Assembly (NCBI GenBank): GCA_964276515.1
Contig: OZ193909.1
Span: 12,772,001-12,836,000 of the forward strand
DNA length: 64,000 bases
Origin: Gordius albopunctatus
Lineage: Eukaryota
Direction: 5' to 3'
The translations under genes and the position numbers were made by a program. Position 1 is the first letter of the stretch. Every line of letters begins with the position of its first letter. Shown here piece by piece: positions 40,858 through 54,362 of the stretch. Below the pieces are notes generated by a model that was given only the letters and a program-made list of their open reading frames with translations, did no database searches and had not been told where the DNA came from.

Positions 40858-43800
40858 TTTCGAGAAGTAAATATTAGTAGGATAAAGTAATAATTACTTT
40901 ATTGTATAATATAAATTAAATCGTTGGAAGAAAAGTAAGTGAGTAAAAAGAGTTTTAAACTCCTTTTATATACTCGTGAATTAATTGAATAAATCTATCA
41001 AGTTTAGTGGTGCCTCCGCGAGGTATAAATAAATCAATTACATTTAGTGGTGTCTCCGCGAGGTATGCTTGATTAGTCAATTAACGTCGCGAAGTAGTAA
41101 GGTAATGTAAATGAGACAATTAAGTCAATGGACGCAACAAATATTCCGCTGGGTAAAAACCGAGTTCATATAAAATTAACAAATTTTTTTGGCCAATGAA
41201 CTTGTCGACCAGACTTGGTAATGGTTGTGTTGGAAAGTGGTACGCTAGGTTTTGTGGAAGGTTTTGTAGAAGAAACAATGGTAGGTTGGTTTGAATTTTG
41301 GGTCGTTGAGTGATTGTTTGGTTTGGGTGAATTTGGGTCAACTGGCTTTAATCGATCGATTGAGACAGTGTCTTTCCTGCCATTGTGGTCTATGATAAAA
41401 AATTTAGTATGTTTTTCAATCACTTTGAAAGGTTCTTCATAGGGGGGAACCAAGGCTTTGCGTAGCCGATCAGTCCTTATAAAAACATGAGTTGATGTAA
41501 ATAAATTTTCGGACAATTGTTGTTTGATGTTCGATGGTCTGGAAGATGTAAATCTCGCTGGAACACCAAAGTTGGCTATCCAGTATGTCAAAAATGTGCG
41601 TGCAACGGTTTCGGCTGTTGCGTCAATAATGGGAATTGCAATCGGCCATCGGGTGAAACGATCAACGGCAGTAAAAATATAAATGTGGCCGTTAGAAGGT
41701 GGTAAGGGTCCGACGAGATCTACATGTACGTGGCTAAACCTTGCGTCTGGTTCAGCGAACGTGCCTGGGGTTGATATTAAGTGTCTATTTACCTTACATT
41801 TTTGACACGCAATGCATTGCTTTGTCCAATCGCGTACATCTTTGTTCATTCCCGGCCAGACGAAACGTTGGGCAATTAGTCTAAGTGTTGGGCGTAAGGC
41901 TGGGTGAGAAACACCATGTAGTTGATTAAAAACTATGCGTCGGAGCGTCCTAGGTACTAAAGGTCTCGAAGTCGATGCAGATGTATCGCATGTAATAGTT
42001 AAATTTGTACCTGGAATTACGCGTTGTTCCAGTTTAAGGCTTTCGAGCTCTTCTAGTTGATATTGCTCTTGTTTTTGTGTCATAGCAATTCTTTCTGTGA
42101 GGGATGTGTTTGGTTGTTGTATGGAGTTTGGTTGTTGTATGGAATCGATATCGATTCGGGACAAAGTGTCTGCTACTATATTCGCTTTACCTTTAATAAA
42201 CTGTATATCTGAAGTAAATTGGGAGATATAGTCTAATTGTCGTATTTCACGCGGCGAGTATTTATCGGGTTTAGAAGTGAGAGCGTAAGTTAACGGTTTG
42301 TTATCAGTGAAAACTGTAAAATCGCGACCTTCTAAAATATGTCGGTACTGTTTAATCGAAAGATAAATTGCTAGCAGTTCTCTCCCGAATGTACTGTATC
42401 GAGTTTGTGTTTTGCTCAATTTCAGGGAGAAAAAAGATAAAGGACTGATTTCTCCTTTTACGGTCTGATGTAGTACGGCTCCAATGGCAGAGTTTGACGC
42501 GTCGGTTGTAATAGAGATGTTGGCACCATCCACTAAATGATTAAGGGTCGAAATTTTATCGAGCATTATTTCTAATCTTGTGGAATGCGTCGTGTGCGCT
42601 CTGCATCATGTCCAAAGGTCCATTTGCGTCGTTGAGGAGATCCGTCAGTGGTTATAGATGGCGTGCACAGTTGGGTATAAAACGCCTGTAAAAATTTACC
42701 ATTCCCACAAAACGACGTAGTTGTGTCATAGTGGTCGGGGTGGCGAAATTCTTGATGGCTGAGATCTTCTCCGGTATTGGCGTTAAACCTTGTGGGGAAA
42801 CTTAATGTCCTAGGAAATCCAGAGTAGAACGTCCCCATTGGCACTTGTCTAGGTTGATCTTTATATCAAAATCTCTTAATCGTGTAAAAACCTGACGTAA
42901 GTGGTCTAAATGTTCACTAGTTGATGTACTTGCGATCAAAATATTGTCCAAATATGCGAAGGCGAAATTGAGACCACGGAGAGCTTGATCAATGAAGCGT
43001 TGGAATGTTTGAGCAGCATTTCGTAAACCGAAAGGCATTCGCAAAAATTCATAAAGACCGAAAGGTGTGGTTATTGCAGTCTTTGCGATGTCCTCCAAGG
43101 CTACGGGTATTTGATGGTAAGCTCGGACTAGTTCTATTTTTGTATAGATGGTTGTGCTGGCTAGGTTGAGTGAGAAATCGTGCAGGTGTGACAAGGGGTA
43201 ACGATCCGGTATCGTTATAACGTTAAGGGCTCGGGAATCTCCACATGGTCGCCAATCTCCAGGAGTTTTTTTCGGAACCATGTGCAATGGAGAACTCCAG
43301 GAGCTTTCTGAGGGTTGAATTATGCCGAGTTCGAGCATATGAGTAAACTCCTGTTTGGAAATTTTTAGCTTGACAGGGTCTAAACGTCTAGGTCTGGCAT
43401 AAACGGGGGGTCTTAGTGTACGTATGTGGTGGACTACTTGGTGGCTTACGCGTGACCTGTAATTTGGAGGGGCATAAATCTCGGGGAACTCTTTTAAAAC
43501 ATTTTTAAAATACGGTGAATCGATCTTTATTGCGAGTTGTAAATTGTACAAGCTCGAATCAATATATCGCCCATAAGACTTTAAAGTAGTCTTAGGGTCT
43601 AATAAACATTTGCGGTGTATATCAACGAGGAGGTTATAATGATTTAAAAAATCAGCCCCGATGATCGGTGTCTTAACGTCGGCGATGGTAAAAACCCATT
43701 GAAAACTTCTCCGTAAGCTAAGGTCCAGTTCCATTGATTTCTGGCCATAGGTCAGTATGAAACTATTGTTTGCAGCTTGGGGGCGGATGTGTGAGGGGGT

Positions 43801-45400
43801 GAGATGGTGGTTACGTGGGGGTGGTATGACACTTAGTTCCGCCCCAGTGTCTATTAAAAAACGAAATTTCGTTAATTTATCAAAAAAAAATAAGCGACTG
43901 ATGTTATGGCCTGTACCGGGTGTCACGGATTCTGGCAGGCCTATGGGTTTGACGAGGAAATCGGGATATAATTGCAAGGTTGTCGGCATTTCGTGCCAAC
44001 ACCAATCCTGGGGAACGTCTGCGCGGGGTTGAAACGGGGATCGAAATCGCCTTGATGTAGACCTATTTCTCGACCAAAAACGATTTTTTTGACTGACCTC
44101 TTGCCGTAATGTCTCGATGCTCACGCTCAGTCTATTGACCATGTTTCTGAGCGTCTCAATATCGTTGCGGGATATCTGTGTGGCAGGGGCGACGTTGGAT
44201 ATTTGCAGCGTATGGTACGTTTCCGCGATTTTATCAGCTGTTTCAGCTAGCTTGACTAACGTCTGGTCACTTGCACAGATCGCCAAGATGCTGGCCATGT
44301 TTTTGTCCAGTTTTTCCAACCACAGTTGTTTTAAAATGATGTCGTCCATTTTGGCGGGCCCAGGAGGCTTTTCATGTGTCTATAGAGTTGTGAGGGTGTA
44401 CGATCGCCCAATTCCACGTTGGACAGTAGGTCTTGGAATCGTGCTGAGTCCGATTTTATTGTGCGGTCGATGATAGCTGACCGGATGGTAGTGTACGGGG
44501 CCTCAGCCGGTAGATTCTCCAAGTAATCTTGGATCTCTATTGTGACTTCTTGTGGGTTTGCTAGACTCAGATGTTATTCGTCGAATCGTGAAATCTGGAC
44601 AAACCATAAGCGGGGATTTATACGATTGAAGGGGGGAAATTTGAAAAACATAGCGTTTTCCGATTTAATTTGGACCTCATCAACTTGGTTGGTATCCATT
44701 TACAAGGTTGCGTATAACAAGGGTTGGGTAAGGGTAGGGTAGAAGGAGGCGTATAACAAAGGTGGGTCACCACTTTCGAGAAGTAAATATTAGTAGGATA
44801 AAGTAATAATTACTTTATTGTATAATATAAATTAAATCGTTGGAAGAAAAGTAAGTGAGTAAAAAGAGTTTTAAACTCCTTTTATATACTCGTGAATTAA
44901 TTGAATAAATCAATCAAGTTTAGTGGTGCCTCCGCGAGGTATAAATAAATCAATTACGCGAGGTATAAATAAATCAATTACATTTGTTGCTGCTTTAGTC
45001 CTATATAGTAAAATAAATATAGTATTTATTAAACAAAGAAATGTAGGAGAACAAACAACTATTTTATTTCCAAATAATAGAAAGCAAAACAAAATGAATA
45101 AATACTTTTCAAAAATCGCGTTTATATACAGATCTGGCGAGGTTATTTGTGTGAATAATAACGTTGAAATGTCAGACATTCAAATACTTGAATGTATTCA
45201 TTTTTATGATTAAGGTGTATGAATACTTGAATAATAAAGGTTAAGTTTTTTCCTAGGTAACCGATGTGAGTTGCTTTATTCAAATTGCCTAGGTAGCCAT
45301 ACATTTAGTGGTGTCTCCGCGAGATATGCTTGATTGGTCAATTAACGTCCCGAAGTAGTAAGGTAATGTAAATGAGACAATTAAGTCAATGGACGCAACA
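40858..45400 (-). mobile_element. Gypsy LTR retrotransposon copy 1, degenerate (LTRs 44774-45400 and 40858-41139)
   Basis: gag-PR-RT-RH-IN with deletions, frameshifts and YLDN in place of YLDD; PBS tggtgaccc; flanks cact/catt. Confidence 0.93.
44985..45299. mobile_element. Unrelated solo LTR nested in the 5' LTR of copy 1
   Basis: TG...CA ends and direct repeat tacatt on both sides; removing it restores the host LTR sequence. Confidence 0.75.
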
Positions 45401-46210
45401 CATTTGTGTTTAATTTACGATATAATTGTTCATATATAGATAGAGACGTTGAAGACTAGCCCGATGCAAGGAAAGGATTACCATATGCTAGACGATAATA
45501 AACGGTGGACAAAAGAAATCTAAGAAGAGTAACGTAAAGGACTTAAGGGAGAATATAGAGACAAAAGAACGCATATCATTATTAATTAATTTCCATCAAG
45601 AAACCTCCTACCATACTCATTATCTTAAAGATTTGTAGTTTGAGCGTTGACTTAGAATAAATCGCATATATAAAAGTTAATTTGTAGTTTGGGTAGTTTA
45701 TAATTATATTTTGAACTACAAAAGTTTTATTTCTCTTAAAATATATTAGTTATCATTTCAATATAAATTAAGAAGAAAATTGAGGGGTGGTGATGGGCGT
45801 GTCCATAAATTAATAAGGAGTTGTTACAGAATAATTTATCAAGGACTAATGAAATTAAAATTTTTTTCCTAAATTTGTATAAGAAAAAGTGAGGAATGGT
45901 GTTAGGGAGGTAAAAAACTGAAATTTCTAATATTCAATCTATTTCAATCGAAAAATAAAATTTTCTTCTCATCCAGCTTTGTCTATAATTACAAGAATGG
46001 TGTTGTAGCCATAGCTCTATAGCCTCCAAATGACTATGTGCTATAGCTTATAGCGCCTTCAAATCATTATTAACTATAGCTCTAGTGCATACAAAGGGCC
46101 AGCTATGCAGCAAAGAGGCGCTAGTCCTAAGCGTTTCGTCATCACTACTCTGTGTAAGCAAATTTGTGTATAAAAATGACATGTACTAAATTGTACATAA
46201 TTATTTATAA

Positions 46211-47431
<1,221 letters not shown>

Positions 47432-48238
47432 TTCCTATATTTACAATATCTTTCTGCTAATAAACTGCTTGTCTATACCTTTTAAAGATTACATTATATT
47501 TTGTTGATAAACATAAATTAACCTGCGAGAGTATTTGTGAAAATTATGAAAATGATACCATTTGCAGGAATATATAACTTACACTTTTTTGACTTCCCAT
47601 AATTTCAAATTCTTATTTAAACACATTTTTTAAATTTTATGTCTTGCATTATTTCCTCCTCTCCAACACCATGGGCTTTAAAATAAATTAAAGCAAAAAG
47701 ATTTTTTATTAAAACAATATTTAAAATGTAAAAAATATAATTTTGCAAATATATACCCTCAATACCACATGCCTAAAAAATTTATATTCTTATAAAAAAA
47801 ATTAAATACAGATGAATAATGGTAATATTTTCTTAGCTCAAATTTCACAAATTCATTTCATGGTGGCTAGATTTGTTGCGTCAATTAACGTAATTGTCTC
47901 ATTTACATTACCTTACTACTTCACGACCAATCAAGCATACCTGGCGGAGACACCACTAAATTGATTTATTTATACCTCGCGTAATTGATTTAATTATACC
48001 TCGCGGAGACACCACTAAACTTGATTGATTTATTCAATTAATTCACGAGTATATAAAAGGAGTTTAAAACTCTTATTACTCACTTACTTTTCTTCCAACG
48101 ATTTAATTTATATTATATAATAAAGTAATTATTACTTTATTCTACATAACCTCACTTGTCGAAATTGGTGACCCACTCTTGTTATACGCCTCCTTCTACC
48201 CTACCCTTACCCAACCCTTGTTATACGCAACCTTGTAA

Positions 48239-49057
48239 ATGGATACCAACCAAGTTGATGACGTCCAAATTAAATCGGAAAACGCTATGTTTTTCAAATT
48301 GCCCCCCTTCAATCGTATAAATCCCCGCTTATGGTTTGTCCAGATAGAGGCCCTTTTCACGATTCGACGAATAACATCTGAGTCTAGCAAACTTGGATAC
48401 GTGATTGAATGCCTCCCACAAGAAGTCACAATAGAGATCCAAGATTACTTGGAGAATCTACCGGCTGAGGCCCCGTACACTACCATCCGGTCAGCTATCA
48501 TCGACCGCACAACAAAATCGGACTCAGCACGATTCCACGACCTACTGTCCAACGTGGAATTGGGCGATCGTACACCCTCACAACTCTATAGACACATGAA
48601 AAGCCTCCTGGGTACCGCCAAAATGGACGACATCATTTTAAAACAACTGTGGTTGGAAAAACTGGACAACAACATGGCCAGCATCTTGGCGATCTGTGCA
48701 AGTGACCAGACGTTAGTCAAGCTAGCTGAAACAGCTGATAAAATCGCGGAAACGTACCATACGCCGCAAATATCCAACGTCGTCCCTGCCACACAGAGAT
48801 CCCGCAACGATATTGAGACGCTCAGAGACATGGTCAATAGACTGAGCGTGAGCATCGAGACATTACGGCAAGAGGTCAGTCAAAAAAATCGTTTTCGGTC
48901 GAGAAGTAGGTCTACATCAAGACGATTTCGATCCCCATTTCAACCCCACGCAGACGTTCCCCAGGATTGGTGTTGGTATCACCAAAGATATAAGGAAAAG
49001 GCCACGAAATGCCGACAACCTTGCAATTATATCCCGATTTCCTCGTCAAACCCATAG
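48239..49057 (+). CDS. Gypsy Gag
   Basis: [29 protein letters not shown]...C..PC. Confidence 0.9.
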   Translation: MDTNQVDDVQIKSENAMFFKLPPFNRINPRLWFVQIEALFTIRRITSESSKLGYVIECLPQEVTIEIQDYLENLPAEAPYTTIRSAIIDRTTKSDSARFHDLLSNVELGDRTPSQLYRHMKSLLGTAKMDDIILKQLWLEKLDNNMASILAICASDQTLVKLAETADKIAETYHTPQISNVVPATQRSRNDIETLRDMVNRLSVSIETLRQEVSQKNRFRSRSRSTSRRFRSPFQPHADVPQDWCWYHQRYKEKATKCRQPCNYIPISSSNP

Positions 49058-52000
49058 GCCTGCCAGAATCCGCGACACCCGGTTCAGGCCATAACATCAG
49101 TCGCTTATTTTTTATTTTTGATAAATTAACGAAATTTCGTTTTTTAATAGACACTGGCGCGGAACTAAGTGTCATACCACCCCCACGTAACCACCATCTC
49201 ACCCCCTCACACATCCGCCTCCAAGCTGCAAACAATAGTTCTATACTGACCTATGGCCAGAAATCAATGGAACTGGACCTTAGCTTACGGAGAAGTTTTC
49301 AATGGGTGTTTACCATCGCCGACGTTAAGACACCGATCATCGGGGCTGATTTTTTAAATCATTATAACCTCCTCGTTGATATACGCCGCAAATGTTTATT
49401 AGACCCTAAGACTACTTTAAAGTCTTATGGGCGATATATTGATTCGAGCTTGTACAATTTACAACTCGCAATAAAGATCGATTCACCGTATTTTAAAAAT
49501 GTTTTAAAAGATTTCCCCGAGATTTATACCCCTCCAAATTACAGGTCACGCGTAAGCCACGAAGTAGTCCACCACATACGTACACTAGGACCCCCCGTTT
49601 ATGCCAGACCTAGACGCTTAGACCCTGTCAAGCTAAAAATTGCCAAACAGGAGTTTAATCATATGCTCGAACTCGGCATAATTCAACCCTCAGAAAGCTC
49701 CTGGAGTTCTCCATTGCACATGGTTCCGAAAAAAACTCCTGGAGATTGGCGACCATGTGGAGATTACCGGGCTCTTAACGTTATAACGATACCGGACCGT
49801 TACCCCTTGCCACACCTGCACGATTTCTCACTCAACCTAGCCGGCACAACCATCTATACAAAAATAGATCTAGTCAGAGCTTACCACCAAATACCCGTAG
49901 CCTTGGAGGACATCGCAAAGACTGCAATAACCACACCTTTCGGTCTTTATGAATTTTTGCGAATGCCTTTCGGTTTACGAAATGCTGCTCAAACATTCCA
50001 ACGCTTCATTGATCAAGCTCTCCGTGGTCTCAATTTCGCCTTCGCATATTTGGACGATATTTTGATCGCAAGTACATCAACTAGTGAACATTTAGACCAC
50101 TTACGTAAAGTTTTTACTCGATTAAGAGATTTTGATATAAAGATCAACCTGGACAAGTGTCAATGGGGACGTTCTTCTCTGGATTTTCTAGGACATCAAG
50201 TTTCCCCACAAGGTTTAACACCAATACCGGAGAAGATCTCAGCCATCAAGAATTTCGCCACCCCGACCACTATGACACAACTACGTCGTTTCGTGGGAAT
50301 GGTAAATTTTTACCGACGTTTTATACCTAGCTGCGCACTCCTGATACAGCCATTAACTGATCTGCTCAATGACTCAAAAGGACCCCTTGTTTTAACACAA
50401 GACGCACAGGATGCATTCGACAAGACTAAGGAAGCGCTGGATGAGATCACGACCCTGAATCACCTTGTAGAGAGCGCCACTCTCTCATTAACAACCGATG
50501 CGTCAAACACCGCCATCGGCGCCGTCCTGCACCAAACATTAAATGGAGAAAGTAGCCCCTTGTCATTTTTTTCGCTTAAATTAAATACGACTCAGTCGCG
50601 CTACAGCACATTTGGTAGAGAATTACTTGCTATTTACCTCTCTATAAAACATTATCGACATGTTTTAGAAGCCCGAGACTTCACGGTTTACACAGACCAC
50701 AAGCCTCTGACCTACGCTTTAAATAGTAAGTCTGACAAATACTCACCACGGGAAATACGACAACTAGATTACATATCACAATTTACATCCGACATCCAAT
50801 TCATCAATGGAAAGACAAATATCGTGGCGGACGCTTTTTCGCGAACAGAGATAGATGCCATACAACTTACAAATACCACAATAACGGAAAGGATAGCTAT
50901 GTCACAACAACGGGAACAATACTCAACCGAAGAGCTGGGATCCCTTAAACTGGAACAATGTTCAATTCCAGGTACGAGTTTAACCCTTACCTGCGATACA
51001 TCCACCACAATTCCACGACCCCTAGTACCCAAGAGCCTACGACGCGAAGTTTTTGAGCACCTACATGGCTTGTCACATCCAGCCTCCCGGCCAACATTAA
51101 AACTGATTTCCAAACGTTTCGTCTGGCCTGGAATGAATAAAGAGGTGCGAGATTGGACGAAACAGTGCGTTTCATGCCAAAAATGCAAGGTTAATAGACA
51201 CACCATCACAGTCCCAGCCACTTTTGCGGAGCCTGACGCAAGATTCAGTCATGTTCACGTGGACCTCGTGGGCCCATTGCCACCATCTAAAGGACACAGC
51301 TACATTTTCACCGCAGTCGATCGTTTTACCCGGTGGCCCGTGGCAATACCAATCAACGACGCATCAGCTGAAACTGTAGCCCGAACATTTTTTACGCATT
51401 GGATAGCTAACTACGGAGTACCCACTACATTAACCACAGACCGAGGCCCCCAGTTCCAATCCGCCCTGTTTAAACACTTATCTAGTTTATTAGGTTACCA
51501 TCATATAACCACTACAGCTTACCATCCACAAGCCAATGGTATGGTAGAGCGATTTCATCGACAACTAAAAGGTTCGATTATGGCAAAAGGAGACACTACC
51601 AATTGGTCTGATCGAATTCCCCTTGTACTCCTGGGTATCCGAAGCACCGTCAAGGAAGACTTGTCCTGTTCGAGCGCTGAACTGGTATACGGCACCTCTT
51701 TGAGACTACCAGGAGATTTTTTGCAACCTTCAAATTGGGACATAAATGCCGCTGATTACATCCAACGACTTCGGGAGCAGTTTGATACCGTTCGTTTTAC
51801 ACCCACCAGACCATCAAATATCAAACAACAGATTACCAACGATTTGGTTACAGCCACTCACGTATTTATAAGAATTGACCGGCTTCGGAAAGCTTTAGTC
51901 CCTCCGTACGAAGGTCCTTACAAGGTAATCGAAAGACATTCTAAATATTTCGTCATAGACCACAATGGAAAAAGAGACACCGTTTCAATCGATCGATTAA

Positions 52001-52221
52001 AGCCAGCTTTCCTCGAGCCTAAGGTTGATAACCCGAATTCAGCAGTTGACCCAAATGCACCCAAACCAAACAATCACTCAACGACCCAAAATTCAAACCA
52101 ATCTACCATTGTTTCTTCTACAAAATCTTCCACAATACCTAGCGCACCACTTCCCAAAACAACCATTACCAAGTCTGGCCGACAAGTTCATTGGCCAAAA
52201 AATTTTTTTAATTTTATATGA
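49009..52221 (+). CDS. Gypsy Pol (PR-RT-RNase H-IN) in the -1 frame relative to gag
   Basis: DTGA, YLDD, TDAS/RELLA, HHCC zinc finger, DDE and GPY motifs. Confidence 0.95.
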   Translation: MPTTLQLYPDFLVKPIGLPESATPGSGHNISRLFFIFDKLTKFRFLIDTGAELSVIPPPRNHHLTPSHIRLQAANNSSILTYGQKSMELDLSLRRSFQWVFTIADVKTPIIGADFLNHYNLLVDIRRKCLLDPKTTLKSYGRYIDSSLYNLQLAIKIDSPYFKNVLKDFPEIYTPPNYRSRVSHEVVHHIRTLGPPVYARPRRLDPVKLKIAKQEFNHMLELGIIQPSESSWSSPLHMVPKKTPGDWRPCGDYRALNVITIPDRYPLPHLHDFSLNLAGTTIYTKIDLVRAYHQIPVALEDIAKTAITTPFGLYEFLRMPFGLRNAAQTFQRFIDQALRGLNFAFAYLDDILIASTSTSEHLDHLRKVFTRLRDFDIKINLDKCQWGRSSLDFLGHQVSPQGLTPIPEKISAIKNFATPTTMTQLRRFVGMVNFYRRFIPSCALLIQPLTDLLNDSKGPLVLTQDAQDAFDKTKEALDEITTLNHLVESATLSLTTDASNTAIGAVLHQTLNGESSPLSFFSLKLNTTQSRYSTFGRELLAIYLSIKHYRHVLEARDFTVYTDHKPLTYALNSKSDKYSPREIRQLDYISQFTSDIQFINGKTNIVADAFSRTEIDAIQLTNTTITERIAMSQQREQYSTEELGSLKLEQCSIPGTSLTLTCDTSTTIPRPLVPKSLRREVFEHLHGLSHPASRPTLKLISKRFVWPGMNKEVRDWTKQCVSCQKCKVNRHTITVPATFAEPDARFSHVHVDLVGPLPPSKGHSYIFTAVDRFTRWPVAIPINDASAETVARTFFTHWIANYGVPTTLTTDRGPQFQSALFKHLSSLLGYHHITTTAYHPQANGMVERFHRQLKGSIMAKGDTTNWSDRIPLVLLGIRSTVKEDLSCSSAELVYGTSLRLPGDFLQPSNWDINAADYIQRLREQFDTVRFTPTRPSNIKQQITNDLVTATHVFIRIDRLRKALVPPYEGPYKVIERHSKYFVIDHNGKRDTVSIDRLKPAFLEPKVDNPNSAVDPNAPKPNNHSTTQNSNQSTIVSSTKSSTIPSAPLPKTTITKSGRQVHWPKNFFNFI

Positions 52222-52967
52222 ACTCCGTTTTTACCCAGCGGAATATTTGTTGCGTCAATTAACGTAATTGTCTCATTTACATTACCTTACTACTTCACGA
52301 CCAATCAAGCATACCTGGCGGAGACACCACTAAATTGATTTATTTATACCTCGCGTAATTGATTTAATTATACCTCGCGGAGACACCACTAAACTTGATT
52401 GATTTATTCAATTAATTCACGAGTATATAAAAGGAGTTTAAAACTCTTATTACTCACTTACTTTTCTTCCAACGATTTAATTTATATTATAAAATAAAGT
52501 AATTATACTTTATCCTAACTAATAAACTAGCCCGAAAGATTAATGAATTCAGACATTTTCAATTTTTTATTATTGGGCAAATGGCACAGCTTCCTTTTTT
52601 CAGATCATTGAGAAAGGTTTTCTCCTTAATTTCCAATAATTTTAAAATCCTGACATCTATGGGCACAGATTTTATTTCAACATCTTATCAATTCTAGAGC
52701 TTAAGATTTCATTTTAATTATTCTTAGTGATCCTTTTATTTACAAATTATATTTAAAAAATGATCAACGAATTGATTATAACTATATTCAAAAATGTTTC
52801 ATTCATTACGAGGTTATTAGGATTTGGGGCGTTTTTATTTTTCTATCATATCTCCAAATTAAATTGGTGGTTCCCGAAGATTTTATAACGAACATTATTG
52901 CTGATTTTTATTATGGTGATGACCCTCTTGAAACAAAAAAGCGTTGGATAAAATTTTGTATATAGAC

Positions 52968-54241
52968 TAGAGGTGTGCACGGATCAATCCGATCCATCCG
53001 AACTCGGATCGGATTAACATTTTAATTTTGGAAGTCGGATCGGATCAATATTTTATTTTAGTCGGATCGGATCAATATTTTATTTTAGTCGGATCGGATC
53101 TAATAATTTTTAGTATACCTTTTCGTAATTATCTTTGCATTCTTTTTTTACTTTACCATTTTTGATGCCCAATACCACCTCCTTACCCCTTACTTACCCT
53201 ATCTGAATATTGGTGCCATTCATGGTGATATAAACGTTGATGAATTACTTTCAGATAGGACTACCTTAAGTAGGAATACAGCAAAACTTGCAGATGTAAG
53301 TTGAGAAGCATTAATATTAAAGTTACTCCCCCATTTAAAAGCAAAATCATGTTCAGCCACTCTCGACCTCTGGACAGATGACTTTGTAAAAATAAGCTAC
53401 TTAACATTTTCTTTACATTATATATCCCTCGGAATCCTACATAAGTATATTCTTTTCACTTCAAAAATAGACGTTGAAAAAAAACAGGGGAAAATATTTT
53501 AAGAGAAATATCTGTAAATTTTGAAAAACTTCACATCCCTACGGAATACATGAGATTGATAACTTACGTTACCGATCAGGGTTCTAACATGGTGAATGCC
53601 TTGCAAAATGATAAGCGAATGAATTGCACGTCCCATTTACTGCTGAATACAGTACTACGAAACGTATTCAATAAAAATGATTTCACATTCCATTACCCTC
53701 AAATTAATGACTTGATACAAGCATGCAAAAAGCTAACGACATATATGAAGAAGCAAAGTGGCAAAAATAAATATTTAAAAAATGAAGATTGCAAATATGA
53801 TTCAAAAAAAGATTTGCTGAAATGGTGGGTTTCATATCAAACAGTCCTGCCAAGGCTTTATAAGCTGGCAAATAAATTCTTAGCTATACCTGCTACCTCT
53901 ACCACTTCGGAAAGAAATTTCTCGGTGGCTGGAAGAACATTAGAAGAAAGAAGAACGCGAATTAAACCAGAAAATTTAGATTCTTTATTATTTTTATATG
54001 ATAACATGGAATTAGTCAAATAAAATTTTATATTTCAAGTATATTAAAATTGCTATACCTTATTTTTATGTATTTTGAATTTAATCATCAATAAAAAGTT
54101 CTGTTCGTAAAATTTTAATTAAAAAATTTCGGATCGGATGGGATTTAGATTTTAAAAAACTCGGATCGGATCGGATGGATACGAAATTTTTTAAAAACCC
54201 CTCGGATCGGATCAAAAAAATTTGATCCGTGCACACCTCTA
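52968..54241 (+). mobile_element. Internally deleted hAT transposon
   Basis: TIR tagaggtgtgcacggatcaa, 8-bp TSD atatagac, tcggatcgga subterminal repeats; DLWTD, VTDQGSNM and PATSTTSERNFS motifs. Confidence 0.93.
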
Positions 54242-54362
54242 ATATAGACTCTTAATTAAGGATCAAAAGAATTCCAAATTCAAAGATTGGTTTATGTAAT
54301 CATATATAACTTCACCACCGGCTACAAATATAAATATTATTTCATCAAAAATTTCATGTTAA

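Larger units (their letters stand above)
47874..52517 (+). mobile_element. Gypsy LTR retrotransposon copy 2 with intact ORFs (LTRs 47874-48164 and 52248-~52517)
   Basis: PBS tggtgaccc at 48166; gag and pol are uninterrupted; the LTRs are near-identical except at the U5 end. Confidence 0.95.
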
